Source: Lepidodermella squamata
Lineage: Eukaryota > Animalia > Gastrotricha
Length of the DNA: 64,000 nucleotides
Direction of reading: 5' to 3'
NCBI GenBank assembly: GCA_047495785.1
Contig: JBLDXI010000021.1
Coordinates: forward strand, 1,426,001-1,490,000
The notes under the pieces were generated by a model, which saw only the letters and a list, made by a program, of their open reading frames with translations, was not told where the DNA came from and ran no database searches. A program made the position numbers and the translations under genes. Positions within the stretch are counted from its first letter, which is position 1; the number at the start of each line of letters is the position of its first letter. Below, piece by piece: positions 23,321 to 37,372 of the stretch.

Positions 23321-25831
23321 TCAACAATGAGGCCCGAAGCCTTCCAACAACTCTCGCTCGTCAACCGTCATCGGCCGCGGGTATCGGTAGGCCATCGAAA
23401 CCCTACTCGAGTTCGAATGAGCCAGAGCCGGTTTCGGCGCCGCCTCTTTATTACTCACAGCAGAGCCATTGCTATCCCGCGGTTGATCCTTGACACTAGA
23501 ATCGTTGCTATTGACTGATGTGATTGTGGTGTGATTATTGTTATTATTCAAAACCGGTAGGACTGGTACGATTGGAGATAAATCCCACGCGGAGTTGTTG
23601 CATCCACTTGTCGCCTCGGAGTCGTCGAGGCCAAATCGATACCGATCAGCAATTTTCGACCCACTTGACGATTTGAACCTGAACTTGGGCAATTTCCGGG
23701 TGTTACGCCTCGAATTGCTGCCGCGCCGATCGCCGCCGTTTTTTCCGACGTAAATTTGGCCGATTTGTGGCATCTGCGCCACGTCCTCTTCGTTGTGCGT
23801 CGCCAACAGCGGCTCCTCAGCACCCGTAACAAATTTGACGGTTCGCTCGCCATTTTTCAGCTGATGACTCATCGGTAATTCGACGCCGCCATTATGCGAC
23901 GTGAGCGCCGGCGCCGACATAACGTGATGTGCTAGTCCGTTGTGATCCACGCTCTGCGGCACGCAGGACGTTCTCGTGTTGACTGTGGTCGGGGTTCGTG
24001 TGAGCAACCGTTGCAGGAGACCCCGGTGGTAATTAGAATGATCCGATAATCTACCAGCACCATTTTGTCCCACCCTAAACAAATAAATCGCATTTAATTC
24101 CCGATATTCGGAAATAATTTTTAAATACTCGATGAGCACAAGATGTCCGTTTGAGTTGGCAGCAGTCGCCCGATCGACCTTGTCCGGATCGGCGCACATC
24201 GACGCGATGATCGACACGGATGAGTGGAGTTTGGCTATCCACTCTTGGAAAAAGCGCCGCAGTTCACGGCGAAACATGCTACACGAGTAATATTAGCAAG
24301 CAATATAACAATTAATATCCACTCAGAAACGTAACGAGAGAGGCAAAAAGCGATAGCTATACTAAAATATAGATGGACACAAACATATTAATTGTGTCAA
24401 AAGTCAAATATTCGAAAAATGTGAATTAAAAATAAACAAGCCCCGAAAAAACATTATTCCCGCAAAATTAGACTAAATTGCAAATAATCAAACCGTGCAT
24501 TTTTTCAGACAAACCTGCCGGTCAAGCAGTACAAAAAGAAATTGATGGCGTTGTTGACGTATTGCAGAAGATTGACAGCTGGCCAGACGATTGCTATCGA
24601 AGGAGTGGACTTAACATTCTAACGCATTAGTAATGTGTCGATGATTCATAAAAAAACAACAAAAACAAACGACATTTAGATTAAATTCAACATAACGGGT
24701 GCCTATGTGTTAGTTAGTTAGTTAAAGACTACCAAGCTATAGAGAATTTCAATCGATCGACTAAGTGATTAGTGGGGGGCCTATCACACTGAATTTCGCT
24801 TACCATTTGTTCGGCGTATTGCCGTCGAACGATGATGTATATCGTGATGGGGAAGGTGAGGGCGAAGAAGGTCAAAGTGCATGAGAACATGATCATGGTC
24901 ATGCCGCTGAGGCGTCGCGATGGCGACGTTGAGGCGACGACGAGCTCGCCCTCGCGGCGCATCTGCAAAATGCGCCACGCTATGAGCGAGTTGGTGATTA
25001 ACATAACGCCAAATGGGCAAAAGCAGAATAGCACTAGATCGACGATGGGCCATATTTTCGTGTGAAATTCCTCGTACTCCTGCACTTCCTTGCATTCGAT
25101 GTAAGTTTCAGGCTCCGGCGTGGAATCAGACGACGCAAGAGCGGTCGAGTCGTCGAAATTAGCCGAACTTGGGGTCGGTATCGCACTGCCGTCTGAGTAC
25201 CCCGGCATTGGTGCGGGCCCTTGCTCTTCGAACTCGACAGGCACGAGTTTTTCGATATTTTTCATCGTTAGGAAAAAATGACTTTGGTAGCTGGCGATTA
25301 TGATAAATAAAACACCAGAGGCTATTTTCGCATTTCGTATGCTGCATATTGTCACAGAACGGTGCGGAAACCATGTTGATATAAACCGTTCGATGCTAAC
25401 CAGAGCTAATAGCGAGGAAGTGTAGTGAAGGGCCGTATAGAGCAAAAATAAATGGATCTGAAAAAATTGCAATTAAAAAACTAAATTTTAAATGTTGATG
25501 ATAATTTTACCTCACAACTGTATTTGTAGCTTGTTCTAACAACGTCGATGCCACGGTTATAGTAGGTTAGAACTTTCGATAGAAGGCCGAGGTATAGACA
25601 GGCTATGTCACAAATGGCGAGAATACTGAGTAGGAAAGCCGTTGTGTAAACGCGAAGCGCTTTGCGCCGTAGAATCAGAAAAGCCAGAATATTTCCTATA
25701 GTACCAATGCACAGGATGATGACGCCCGTGGCTATCATCGGCTGGCGAGCGCGTTCATTCGCTTCGTTAGCCTGCTTCGCCATCAGCTCTTCATCAGTCA
25801 ACTGCGGTTCAAAAGTCGCGAGATAACTCAT
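23321..25831 (-). CDS. Class A (rhodopsin-like) GPCR of the invertebrate peptide-receptor type
   Basis: GTIGN (TM1), LAICD (TM2), SIERF (TM3), FCPF (TM5), LTFP (TM6) and NNAINFFLYCLTG (TM7, in exon ~24516-24618), followed by a long cytoplasmic tail. Confidence 0.9.
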
Positions 25832-28800
25832 TGCGGCGGCGACTATTTCGATATTTGATGAATCACGCGAATTTTCGGCGCCTCCTTAAAATCATATCTT
25901 GCCAGCAATAAATCACAGATAAATCTAGACGAAAGTAGAGTTGACAAAGAAAATGTATACCGATGATATCCTATATTATAGTTTCCGCGTCCAGGCTAGC
26001 CTGCTCACCATCACAATATTAGATTACATTCATGATTTTTTATCAGGCTATTATACAGCATTTACCAGGTCGCGGTATAATGCATCGCATTTACAGCAAA
26101 AAAGGGCATGACGTATAGTAAACGCAGTGGGAGCTAAAAAGGACACGCGGCTGTCCTCTCATACAATCCTGCATGCAAAGGTAGCGCGCACCGAAAAAAA
26201 ATTGCCCCGATAAAGAGGGGGCTAACGTTGCCGCCTTTTTTATATATTATAAATAATAAGTCTGAGCATAAAGCAGTGATTACAAAAAAGGGCCCAAGAA
26301 ATGAAAGGGAGGGCTCTGATAGGTTTTTATCCGCAGGTATAAGCCCGGGAAAATCCTAGGTTAGAAGTAGATTACGCTTCCTATTTTTTAACGCGTTTAT
26401 TTTGGTTAAAATAATACGCGCAGTTATAAATATCGCTTGATAATATTAAATGACCTAAATACGACGTTTAGAATATCGTGAACCCTAATCAGGTTGTTAT
26501 ATGTAAAGTTCAATCAAGTCAAGTGATGATGTGAATCCTCGTGAAAAAAGAGACAATTAGGAAAAATTAGCTAGATATCACTATAATATAAATTATGTAC
26601 TAGCTTTATATAGCCAATACAGTAAAAAAGCAGTGTCAACTTATATACAAAAATTATACGCATGTGAAGATGATATGCGATAAGAGGAAGACGCAGAAAA
26701 TTGCTAGTATAATCGATTTCTAAGAGTTTGTGGATACTCTACGTTTTGTAGCGTTTATTGCGAGACGCTATAGCAAGTAGCATTTTGTGTCAAAAAATAC
26801 GTAAAAGATGAGCGCCATAAAAAATGGAGGCGGAAATTCTACTTCGCCGTGCTGTGTTAGTCCAGAGCTGTTCCGCTGTCTACTTGTAATGCTGCCGTGA
26901 TGACATCACGCCGGCAAATAAACTTGCTGTAAATATAAAAGAGAATTTACCAGAAATTCGCGACGAATGAGCTGCGCGTCTAAGCTAACATTATCGAATT
27001 TTATTCGGTAAGAAAACATCAAAAAATTATGTCGCATTTTCCACCGCAGGCCGCACGTCTTCGATTGGGAAAATTGAACCATCAATACCGACAGTAATTA
27101 ACACGAAATAGGGAGCAAAAAAATTTGTGCTTTGAAAGACACGGCGAGAAAACGGCTGGATAATTAATAATAAAACGGAGGTAGAGAAATGTAGCTATTG
27201 ATTGTGGTAAAAGACGCGCGTGTCGTTCTTTACACCTTGAAACACTGATCCTATGGTGACCAGGCGTGTCAGAACGACGGCTCTCTATTTCGATCGAATT
27301 TATTAATTTACATTCCTTGTTTGAATAATAATTTTTTGCATACTGCGTGAAAACACGGTAAAAAACAGCAAAATAAACTTAATGGCACTATGAAGGACCT
27401 ATTCACTAAACGTGGAAAAATTGATGATGAATTGATGCTGCTCTTTTTTGCTCGCGACGGACGCGTATAATTGAAGATCGTCAACTATGTCGGGTGTTTA
27501 CTTTGGCTTTGCTTGCTCTTGCTATGTGCTCGGTTTTTTATTGGCACGCCCCCTATTACTAAAGGGGTTTATATTGGGTCAGAATAAAATTAGAATAAAT
27601 TTAATTAGAGATGATCTGAAGAAAATTATACTCATCTCCAACATCTCTTCATCCTACCAGGGTGACTGCTATTCAACTCGATAGCATTTCACAATCAATA
27701 GCTGCGTATTGAGATTTTCGCCAATTAAAATGCGCAACTTATTTCAATGGTACAACTCCGAACGCAGGTGTTGGCTCTCTGACTACGGAATCGATTTTTC
27801 TTTGCAATAGATTGCTGGGAAATTACTTTCAGCCAACACATTTTCATATTTGGGAAATTTAAGATGTAAAAAAACCAGAAAAAATGTTGAAATAGTATAG
27901 CCCATTTGATGATATAGAAGCCTATTGCAAAAGTTAACCAAATTCGCGGGGTATAAGGTATAACTGGGTCCGAAAAATCAAACATTTTCGGTAAAGTAAA
28001 AATTTGGAAGATGGAAATTAAACATCGAACGGGTTCCGTATTATGGAATAGCTATTGTCAGCAATGTCTTCTCGACAAAATATATCCGCAGACATAATAA
28101 TGGATTTCAATTTTTCGACAGCACGTGACATGACTTATGAAAAGGCTTTACGACAGGCCGTTAAAAGCTACATATAACTGTATAATGCAGTTATATCAAA
28201 ACGCGCAGTATATTTTCAAGCGGAAATATTCCCCATATCGATCGGAAAGCGAACCATCGCGCAGCATGAATCTAATAATGATTGAATCGATTGCATTATG
28301 GGCGCAATATCAAAAATTCAGCTCCCGCCACTTATACAGGAAACCAATATGGAGAGAGCGCAATTAAAGAGCATCTCTCCTAAACGAGGACATGGCTGAT
28401 ATATTGGGTGAAAAAAACAGAAAGATCTGGATGATTTTGTATTGAACTGTCGAATTATAGTTATGTATAACGGTAGTTCTGAAAAAACAGAATTCATTCT
28501 TTTTTTCAACAAAAATGAGAAGGAAAATTCCTATCAGCATAAGTAGCTTTCAGCTTAATCATAGGCCTAGAAATTGTCTAGGTTGCAAAGACATTTTTTA
28601 GAGCTCGATGATGAACTACGCCGGCTCCAGATTAGAAGGATGAAGGTCATTGTCGTCTATACGGTGTGCGATTTCGCTTAAAAAGCACGACCGAGTAGGT
28701 AATGGTTCATTCACCGGAAAGAATCACTAAGATTATTTTTAGTAAAAAGCTTTGTCTATAACCAGCATGACAGGCAATGATGATTGCGTATGATATACAC

Positions 28801-31199
28801 ACCATTTTTTGAATAAAAAAAGGCCGATCGATCGATACTGGCAGTAGAGCAGCCACTAGGTTAGATTACTGCAAATAAAAGCGCCGATGAAAAGTAAGCG
28901 AGGAAAGCATGTAGAGTATAGAGATGATGAAATTGGAAAAATATTCAGACAATAAATTGGGTATAAAGCAGAAGACGGCGTGGCGCGAATAATGAAATCA
29001 CTTTACCATAAACCGGGAACGAAACGAGAGTTTCGGACTCGTCTTATAACTTCATTCTGAGCGCTACGAAAAAGGCAGAGCTGTCTGATTATATTCAAAA
29101 TATAATAGTATGTATTCGGTTTATTAATTTAGAAATAAAGCCCAATTAGACATGTGCATATATCGGATGTAAATTCAACAGGAAGAATCCTCTAGAAGTT
29201 ATACTTCGATTCACATTTTACCGCCATATAGATATTGCATCCACCCTAATATTCTTGTTATTAAAACGGAAACGTAAGATGAAAAAATGTGTTGTGGAAA
29301 CAATTTGCCGCTTATATAATAGCTGATAACTGGCTCCAATATTCTTTTTTTGTGGCGGTATGCGAAAAGTGAAAACTGTTATAATAGCCAGCAGCAATCC
29401 AGAGTAAAAAACTGGGGTTTCCTAGTTGCGGTTATTTTCGATTCCCACTAACACTATCGGATTTATTGCTGGCAGTGGCGAAAGGAAGAACGCTATATCT
29501 ACACGATATAGAACGGCCTCGCAGTCGTTCCCTTTTATCTCTATAACGGAATGTAATACGCAAAAACGCCGAAATCGCCGCTTGATCCACCAACTACGCA
29601 AGCTTATTTAACCTGGTAATAAATTATGGGTCAAATGAAAAAACGTGAAAAAAAGTTTCTCGGCTTCTGAGGGGTGTGGCAATAATCACGAACAATCAAA
29701 TTAATTAAACGCCCCCATATTCAAGAAAGGATCTCGAATTTGATTGCGGCACAAGTTTGAATGCCGCCATAGCTGCGCCATAAATAGCGCTTAACTAAGA
29801 GCTGCTTGACACTTCAATTTTTCACAGAAACGCGCCGGATTGATTTTTTGTCGCGATTTCATAGCTTTTTTAGGTATGGTACGTGGCGAATAGTTGTCGC
29901 AAATTACTTGCATAGCCGCTGACGTTGTCGGTCTTGTAGAGAAGTTGAAGCCTAGAATGCTCACTCGCATAATAGCCGGATAGATTCTAAAATCAAGGGG
30001 CCAGCTTTTATCCGTCGAAATAGCTTTTGCAATAGGTTGAAATAATCTACAGCTTGAATCTGAAATTTCAATCTTCTGTGTTTTGCTGACTTTTTTTAAT
30101 AAAAAAAATTTCATATCCCCTCGTGATCGCATGCAGGCTAGGTTAGTTCGTTCAATATAATCAGCGCAAACAGCATATGGATACAAATAATTTCGCATTG
30201 CTCACGTGGTTGCTATAATATTTTATATCATCATAATATTATAACAAACAAAGCAATGTGGTGAAAAATTACAACTCAACCGTGACTACACGCGAGCCAC
30301 TAATGCTTCCGCTTCAGAATACAAAAAAATGATGAAATCAATCTTTTTCAGCTGTTTTATTGCTCGTTTTAACGTTGTAACTTTGCAAAGATAAACTGTT
30401 GTTGAAAATTATTCATTATATAAACCAATCCGATACTTCTTCGTTTGCTATTTTATAATATAGAGACATGCTGTGGTTTTCGTTACAATACTATTTACAT
30501 GCGCAAGAATAATACAACCATTTCAAAACTATAGGGTTAATTCTTCATATTTTTTCAGTCCTCTCACTTAAAATAACAAAATTTGAACCCGCATTCAAAA
30601 TGGGGTTCCTAAATTTTCAGCCTAAAAAAATCGCGAATAATTGTCTATTTCAACTGTATGGAAGAACGCTTTTTGGCACCAAACATATTTTTCGCGTCAA
30701 ATAATAACGAGATTTCAGTGTGCAGGACGATGAAAATAATATTAATATAGGATTTTCAAGCCTTGTATAACAAAACGGTGAAAGAATCGAAGTCGGTGAG
30801 AAACTAATTCCAAGGCAAAGCTTCGACAAAGTTTTGGTGGTGAGATTATACAAGCTCCTCGTTGTTATATAATAAAAATGTTTTCAAAGAAGTCAGACGT
30901 TTTTATTCTGATCGCTTCAGACCGGTGTTGTTGTTAGATACCAATAATACATGTTCGTGCGAATTCGTTGTCGAGAGAGAAAAATGATGAAAAAAAAGCA
31001 AACAAAAAGAGATTCCAGCGTGTCAGCCGCATTGTCAAAGCTAATAAAACATCCGAATTTCAGGCATCACAGATGGTAACCACAAGTTGTGTGTTTTGCA
31101 CTGTACCGCCGTTGTAGCTGGCAACAGGAGCCGATTTCTTGCTTCAATGAAAATGGAATTAGTTCACCTTGTGATCTCAGCCGATTAGAAAAAGATTCT

Positions 31200-32496
31200 T
31201 CAGGGAGTATTTCCCTCATCGTAGAAAAGTTGATATTCGGTAGGAAGCTTGATTTTCGTGTAATCTGGATCCGGCGACGTGTCGTAGCCGAAGAACTCAA
31301 TCATCGGGGCTATGTGCGTGATGTTGGCCTCGACACTCGCCGGCACCTTGCCGACAAACTCCTTGAGCGCAGAGAGGTAGATCGGCTTCTCGACCTGGTC
31401 GGACGAGCGCTCGAACGCGGACAGCTTCACGCCGCCCGGCTTGCCGATGAGCTCGTGGTGGTGTAACACCGATTCGTTCCAAGGCAATTGTAGAAACTCG
31501 ACAACCTTAGCACCAACTTTTTTCGGATTTTGAACCAGCATTTCGTACCATACAGGCAAGCATCTGTAATTCGATATTAAAAATCGCCAATTTTTTATAA
31601 TTTTTCAAATCTACCTAGAAAGGCCTAATTCTTGGCACTGCTTCCACATGGTTTCAACAGCTTTATCCCATTTTGAAAGACATTGTTCAAAGTTGCTCAA
31701 ATCGAAGCCTGAAATAGTGACCTGGAAAATTGCGTAAAATTACTCATCTCTTTCGAATTCAAATTTGTGATTCGAACGAACTTTTCTTCTCACAACAGAG
31801 TGAATAGCCGCCCGGCCGTCCCGAATCATGAAAAGAAATTTCGCATTTTTGTACAACTGAGCAACGTAGAGGGCGGATTTCATGACAAAGGGGTCTTTAT
31901 TGCAGTAGCGCTTAGCAGGCTCGCCGTGTTTGACAATTATCTCCGAGATGAAAGCTGAAATAGCATCCCCTAGAACTTTCGAATCAACACCTGCGTTCTA
32001 GATGAAAAAAATTTACAGTTCACAAAAATAAGATAATAAATTGTGTTATCGTATGTCTTACATTAAGTCGCTTCAGTTCAACTTCGTCGTTAACCCAATT
32101 ATTCCGCATGAATAGCAATCGAGGGATAACACGAGTTTCCTCGCCGCACCGCACATCCGGGTGCGCATCGACCATGGCTCGCATTAGTGTTGTTCCCGAA
32201 CGAGGAAAGCCGCCGATAAAAATAACCGGTTGATGCCGCAACAAAGCAGATTCAAGTTCATGGTCGCCAAGACTAGCTATTTGATCCTAAAAAAATTAGA
32301 AAATTCCACCTTAAAATTTTTTATTTTAGCTAAAAAAATTGCTCACATTTGTCGATTTAGCATGAGAGCCAAACCAGCCGGTCGGACAGCCCGGTGGTGA
32401 TGGCCGTAGCATGATGATATAGAGGCACATGATGAGGGCAACGAAGAGGAAAAACGTGATATAGGGCAGGAGGCGTCCGCGGTAAGGAGATCTCAT
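31200..32496 (-). CDS. TPST: Protein-tyrosine sulfotransferase
   Basis: Type II TM anchor; IFIGGFPRSGTTLMRAMVDAHPDVRCGEETRVIPR, CNKDP, MIRDGRA and ERSSDQVEKPI; five exons. Confidence 0.95.
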
Positions 32497-33370
32497 TTCA
32501 GCCAGTTTCGCAGGTTCGATTCGTAGAAAACACGGGGTGGAAAAACAGGTTATCGTTGCTATACACGAAAAGTTGTTTGCGCAGCCCGGAACCAGGGACG
32601 CAGCACAGCGGATGGTGTGGCGTGTGTGTGTGGTAGTTGTGAGGAGACGGCGAAGACGAGAAACAGCAGTGTGTGAGCAAATTGGCCGAAGAACCAGCCG
32701 CCTCGCTGCCTCGTACAATTGGTTTAGCAAACAGCGAACACGCGCAAATTACGAGCGGAAACGCGCCGAAATTCTATTGTTATACAGCTATATTTGTGCC
32801 GTATTACTATTCCCCGGCGAGACTTCACTTGTGGCGATCGCAAAATCAATTGCACAAATTGCCCAAATTAACGCGCCTTGTTCGTTCCAAGCAACTGTAA
32901 ACAACAACGCCGATGATTCTGCTGGTGGTGATCAAGATGAAGCGCGGTAATCAGCTTCTGAAAACTTTCCCATGCGCCACGTAGCAGACACAGTAAATTT
33001 TAACAACAATCTATTACAAGAGTGAAATTTTCAATAATTTTGTTCAATAAATAGTAGTAACAAGTGGGCACAGGCAAGCGAGACTTGAATAAATTCGTCA
33101 CGCGACGGATCAGCTATCAGACCGAGAGAAAATCCTCGGCTATAATACTGGATGACAGATGGAAGAATAAATCAACGTAAATTCACGCTTCCGTCTACGC
33201 ATATTATTAGCAACAAGTCGTACTGAATCGTAAATAGCCACTCGTCATCACGTCATATATGTAGTGAATAACAAGCCTCTGTGACATTCGAAAATCATCT
33301 CCTGCAAATCAGCGGAAAGACGCGTTAATTTAGCACCTGAAGAGTCAACGCAAATAATAATTTGATATTT

Positions 33371-34675
33371 TCACGGCTGATCGACGCGAATGACTCGCTT
33401 TGCCACATTGAAATAAGCGCGGTATTTGGCTGTCTCCGGGGTTGTATCTATATGGAAATGACCACCATCGGTTGTTGAATCGGGCTTAAAGCCATGGAAA
33501 TGCTCAACTCGCAATCCAAGACCCTTGAAATGCGACAAAATTACTCCTAGAAAATGAGCGAAATAAGGTAACACACCGGATCGTGGCTGATTAACTCTCC
33601 TGCCACAACTATTGGGGCATCAATATTGAAAAATTTGAGCCAACCATCGACTGCGGCTGAATTCTCAAGAGGGCACTGTGAAAATCCAGGCATCACGTGC
33701 ATCTGGGCCGTGCCCCGCTCGTAAATAAACACTCCACCTAGGGCCACCGGTTTCTCAGGTCCATAGTGAGCCAGTAGGACGTCGCGAATTCGATTGACAA
33801 AACTGTGATCATCTGATGTGTTGCTACTAAGCCTGCGCTCGCAGATGATTTCCAAAACCTATACACATTGCAAATAGTTTCCTTCCGCTGAGATACACGA
33901 ATGATCACAAACATCGCCCTCGTTTCCGTTAGAGGCAAATAGGTTCAACATCAACGCAAATTGATCGTTTTCGCCCACGGTCACAGAGGACTTTTCATCC
34001 TAATTAGAATTGATTGTTTCAACCCCGTGGCATAAAATAAATATGCAGACAAGTTATTACCTTCGCATCAAGAGTAACGTGGCGATTCCTCGTAATAGCT
34101 TTGTCATTGCAGTAGGTACAATCAGCGATCATCTGCAATGATAGTCAACTTTAGAACGAAATCGCACCCTAATCAAGTGCGCCAACTTCACAATTCTTGC
34201 CATTAATATGAAATGGCCCAGCCCCAGCGCCCACGACAAAAGAAGGGGCATGATATTCCGCTGCTTTCAAAACATCGGAAATAGCATATTTCTGAACTAA
34301 CAGCATTAACGGACGATAATTAAATATCATAAATTAGTGAAACCTTATCCAAGTTGGGCGTTGGTAACAAATTTTTGACACCGCCAATATCTAGCAGGGA
34401 TTCATTTCCACTTAGTCCTAACTCAAGAAAATGATATAATTGAATGTCAAAGCTTAATAAAGAAAAACCTTTGCTAGTGAGACCAAATGGAGGCTCCGAC
34501 AAATTAGGACATTTCTTTACGCTAACAGCAACAGAGCCGTAATATTCCGTGAGGCCCGTTTGTAAAACTATAGAAGATAACTCTTAGGCTGTTCAGGAAA
34601 AACTTCGTTTGCAAACCAACCAGAGGCCAGTTCACTCAGCGGAGGAGCAAATAACTCAGCCGTCTTTACTTGCAT
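33371..34675 (-). CDS. C11orf54: Ester hydrolase C11orf54/PTD012 homolog (DUF1907)
   Basis: PPLSELA, CPNLSEPPFGL, DIGGV, GAGAGP, HVMPGFS, EHFHGF and GGHFHIDTTP motifs across short exons. Confidence 0.9.
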
Positions 34676-37372
34676 TGCTTACCCAGATTATTTGAGCCTA
34701 CAGTTGGCAAACCAAGGGCATGAAAGAGCAGTAAAGAAAAAGAAAAACGGGAAGCAAGCTCAGTGAGTCTCATTAAACAGAACGAGTGGCCATAGCCCAG
34801 TATATACCCCCAGCAGTGACTGTCGCAACAAAATAACATCGAAAACGGCACGGTTATACAACTAGTAAAATACGCGTCAACAACTAAATGCAAACTTCAC
34901 GAATTTGCGCTTTTCTTATGCGAGTGGTACGAGATACAAACATCAAGCATTCACTATGTCGCATAATGAAAAAACTAGCATTTACTGCGAATTCCTTAAT
35001 TCTGATGTTAAGGAAGCAAATGGTGAAAATTTTTACGCGCTGAAGACGAATGGGAAAGCTCTTCGAATCAGAACAAATCGCTCATGCAGCGGACTATAAT
35101 TATTGCTTGCATCTAACTTTGAATTATCTATACCTTCCGCGAATGTGGGATAGAAAAGTGATTAATCAAAGAGGCTGTAGCATACAAAAACGACTCATTG
35201 ATCAGTAAATAAAATTTCGTTCACACTGATGTAGTAGAAAATTCGTCAGTCATCAACGCGAGAAAATCAAGGTAACAAAGATCGCATATTTTACGATCGA
35301 GGTTATAACGAGGCCAATCACTTTCGAATAGCAACAGCGATTGGAGGACGATCATACTTGTGATTTTCAATTCAGACGCACGCAAACTCTGGAAAAAATT
35401 GCTGAACCACACGAGGTACTCGTAGCGGAGATTTGAAAGAAGAAGTATTTAGGGCCGAGAATTTGCCCCGCCACCGACGGCAAAGTTGCTGGGGCCAAAT
35501 ATTCACTATTCAAGGTTACTGGAATGTTTTTAAGTGAAGATGTACCAACGATTATTTTAAAAAAAGGAGAAAGCAGGCAGCAATGGACATCCTTTGATGC
35601 TTGAAAAGTGAACCTTACTCGCGCTTTTGCTCTTTCTGAGCATGAGCGTGTTGTAAGCATGTCGCACGCTACTGATGTGGTCTAATGCATAACAGGACAT
35701 TAAGAGATAGAAAATATTGCTGCCGGTTGCGCCTCCTTTACCCTCAACTGTTAATTTTTCTCTTTGAGTTATTGCTATCGACCCAGAAAACGCTCAGATC
35801 TTCGCGATCTTTTCGAAGGATCACTAGGATTAATTGCAAATTATCATTGGCAGTTCCTTATCCGTTAGTATTCGTTATTCGTTAGTATTCGCAAACAATA
35901 GCTAGTGAAATAAAATTATAGAATTACGGAAAGGTTTACGAGAAGGTGGGAATGGTTAATTACAAGCATTACGCTGCTGTTTATCTGGGTCCTGATCTAT
36001 AAAATTGAATATCGAATGATTTGTTTGATATTGAGGATCAGATGATAAGAAAGAAGACATCCTGACAAATACAGCTCACAATTCTGTTATCACAATGTGC
36101 TCGAAATGAAGACTGGCGTTTGAAAGCCACAGCCTAAAAAGACCTGAAGCTTGAAGCATGCAGTCAGCTTCCAACTTCCAATGCAACAAGTCCAGAGCTC
36201 ACAATCTACGCTCATCAGCCGAGTGCAAAGTGGGACGTGGTCCAAGGTCTCAAGTCACATGCGAGCTATATGGACCGAAAACCCAACGACCGAGTCGTGA
36301 TCAAGTAGATGCAACGCTGGAATGTGTCAGCTAAAATTCAAGTAGAGAGAGCGAGATTTACAACAGCGGCAAAACCACGCGTCACGTTTATGACATATTT
36401 ACGGCCTTAAGGCGTCACTTACTAAGACGTCATCAAGTTGGCGACGCCGCCGCCGGCGCCAGGGAAAAATCTTCGCGGCAAGAAAGTTCAAAAAAATCGA
36501 CGTAATAAATTAATTTCTAACTCGACATGAAAATACATTTATAAACTCTTTTGCGATAGTCTGAACGAAAGAATTGAAATTATTTGCCGCAGCAGATTTC
36601 AAATTCGAAAAACAACTTTGCTTGCTTGTTTCCCAATTTTTCGGACTTCGGATCTCAAATCTTCGAACTTCCACTGAATTTGTGCAACTTCATGGATTGA
36701 TTCATGATGAAATCAATGCTGAGAATAAGCTCTCCTTTTATTTTTTTTACAACTGGCCTAGAAAGCTCCAAAACAGAAGAGGAGAGGATTGGAGAGGAAT
36801 TGTGTGCCATTTTTTTCCTATCCTTTATCCTGTTTTGCATATGTTCTGGCCTAGAAATTGTTCAACTAACTTAGGCATAACGTATTCTCACTTTAATCCG
36901 AGGTCCTGGTGACGTCAGCGTGAGTGAGATTGACATGTATTGAAAGGGTTACGGAATAGTCGTTATGTGGGAACAACGCCAACGACTCTGTCGAGGAGAA
37001 TTAAGTATATCTTCTGCCGAGAATTAAGTAATTATTTCCTTTAATAATATTGAATATTGTATCAGCGCGAAACAAGATTCCCGAGAATAGCAGTGCGCTT
37101 CATCGGAAGAATTGGAAATAAAAAAGTTCACCGCATTAAAAAATCTGAAAATTTTATTCGACCAAATTTTCACGCATGATTTCTTTCATTGCTCTAATTC
37201 GTGTAGCATATAATAGAAGTTAAATTACTTCTACTAGTGAAATAAGCTGTATTACATGTAAAAATTGAAAGCTCGGACTCATTAAATGCGCATTTTAGGC
37301 GCATCAAGCTTGAGTGTAAAACGAAAATATATGAAAATTCAGAACATTCCGAAAATTCCGTTGCAAATCCAT

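Noticed and set aside
25900-31100. 5-kb gene-free stretch with short ORFs
   Set aside because: AT-rich with no coding bias or structure; likely GPCR upstream regulatory or UTR-intron sequence.
34950-36330. Stop-interrupted coding-like sequence (possible pseudogene or decayed transposase)
   Set aside because: No identifiable family motif; a translated search would be needed.
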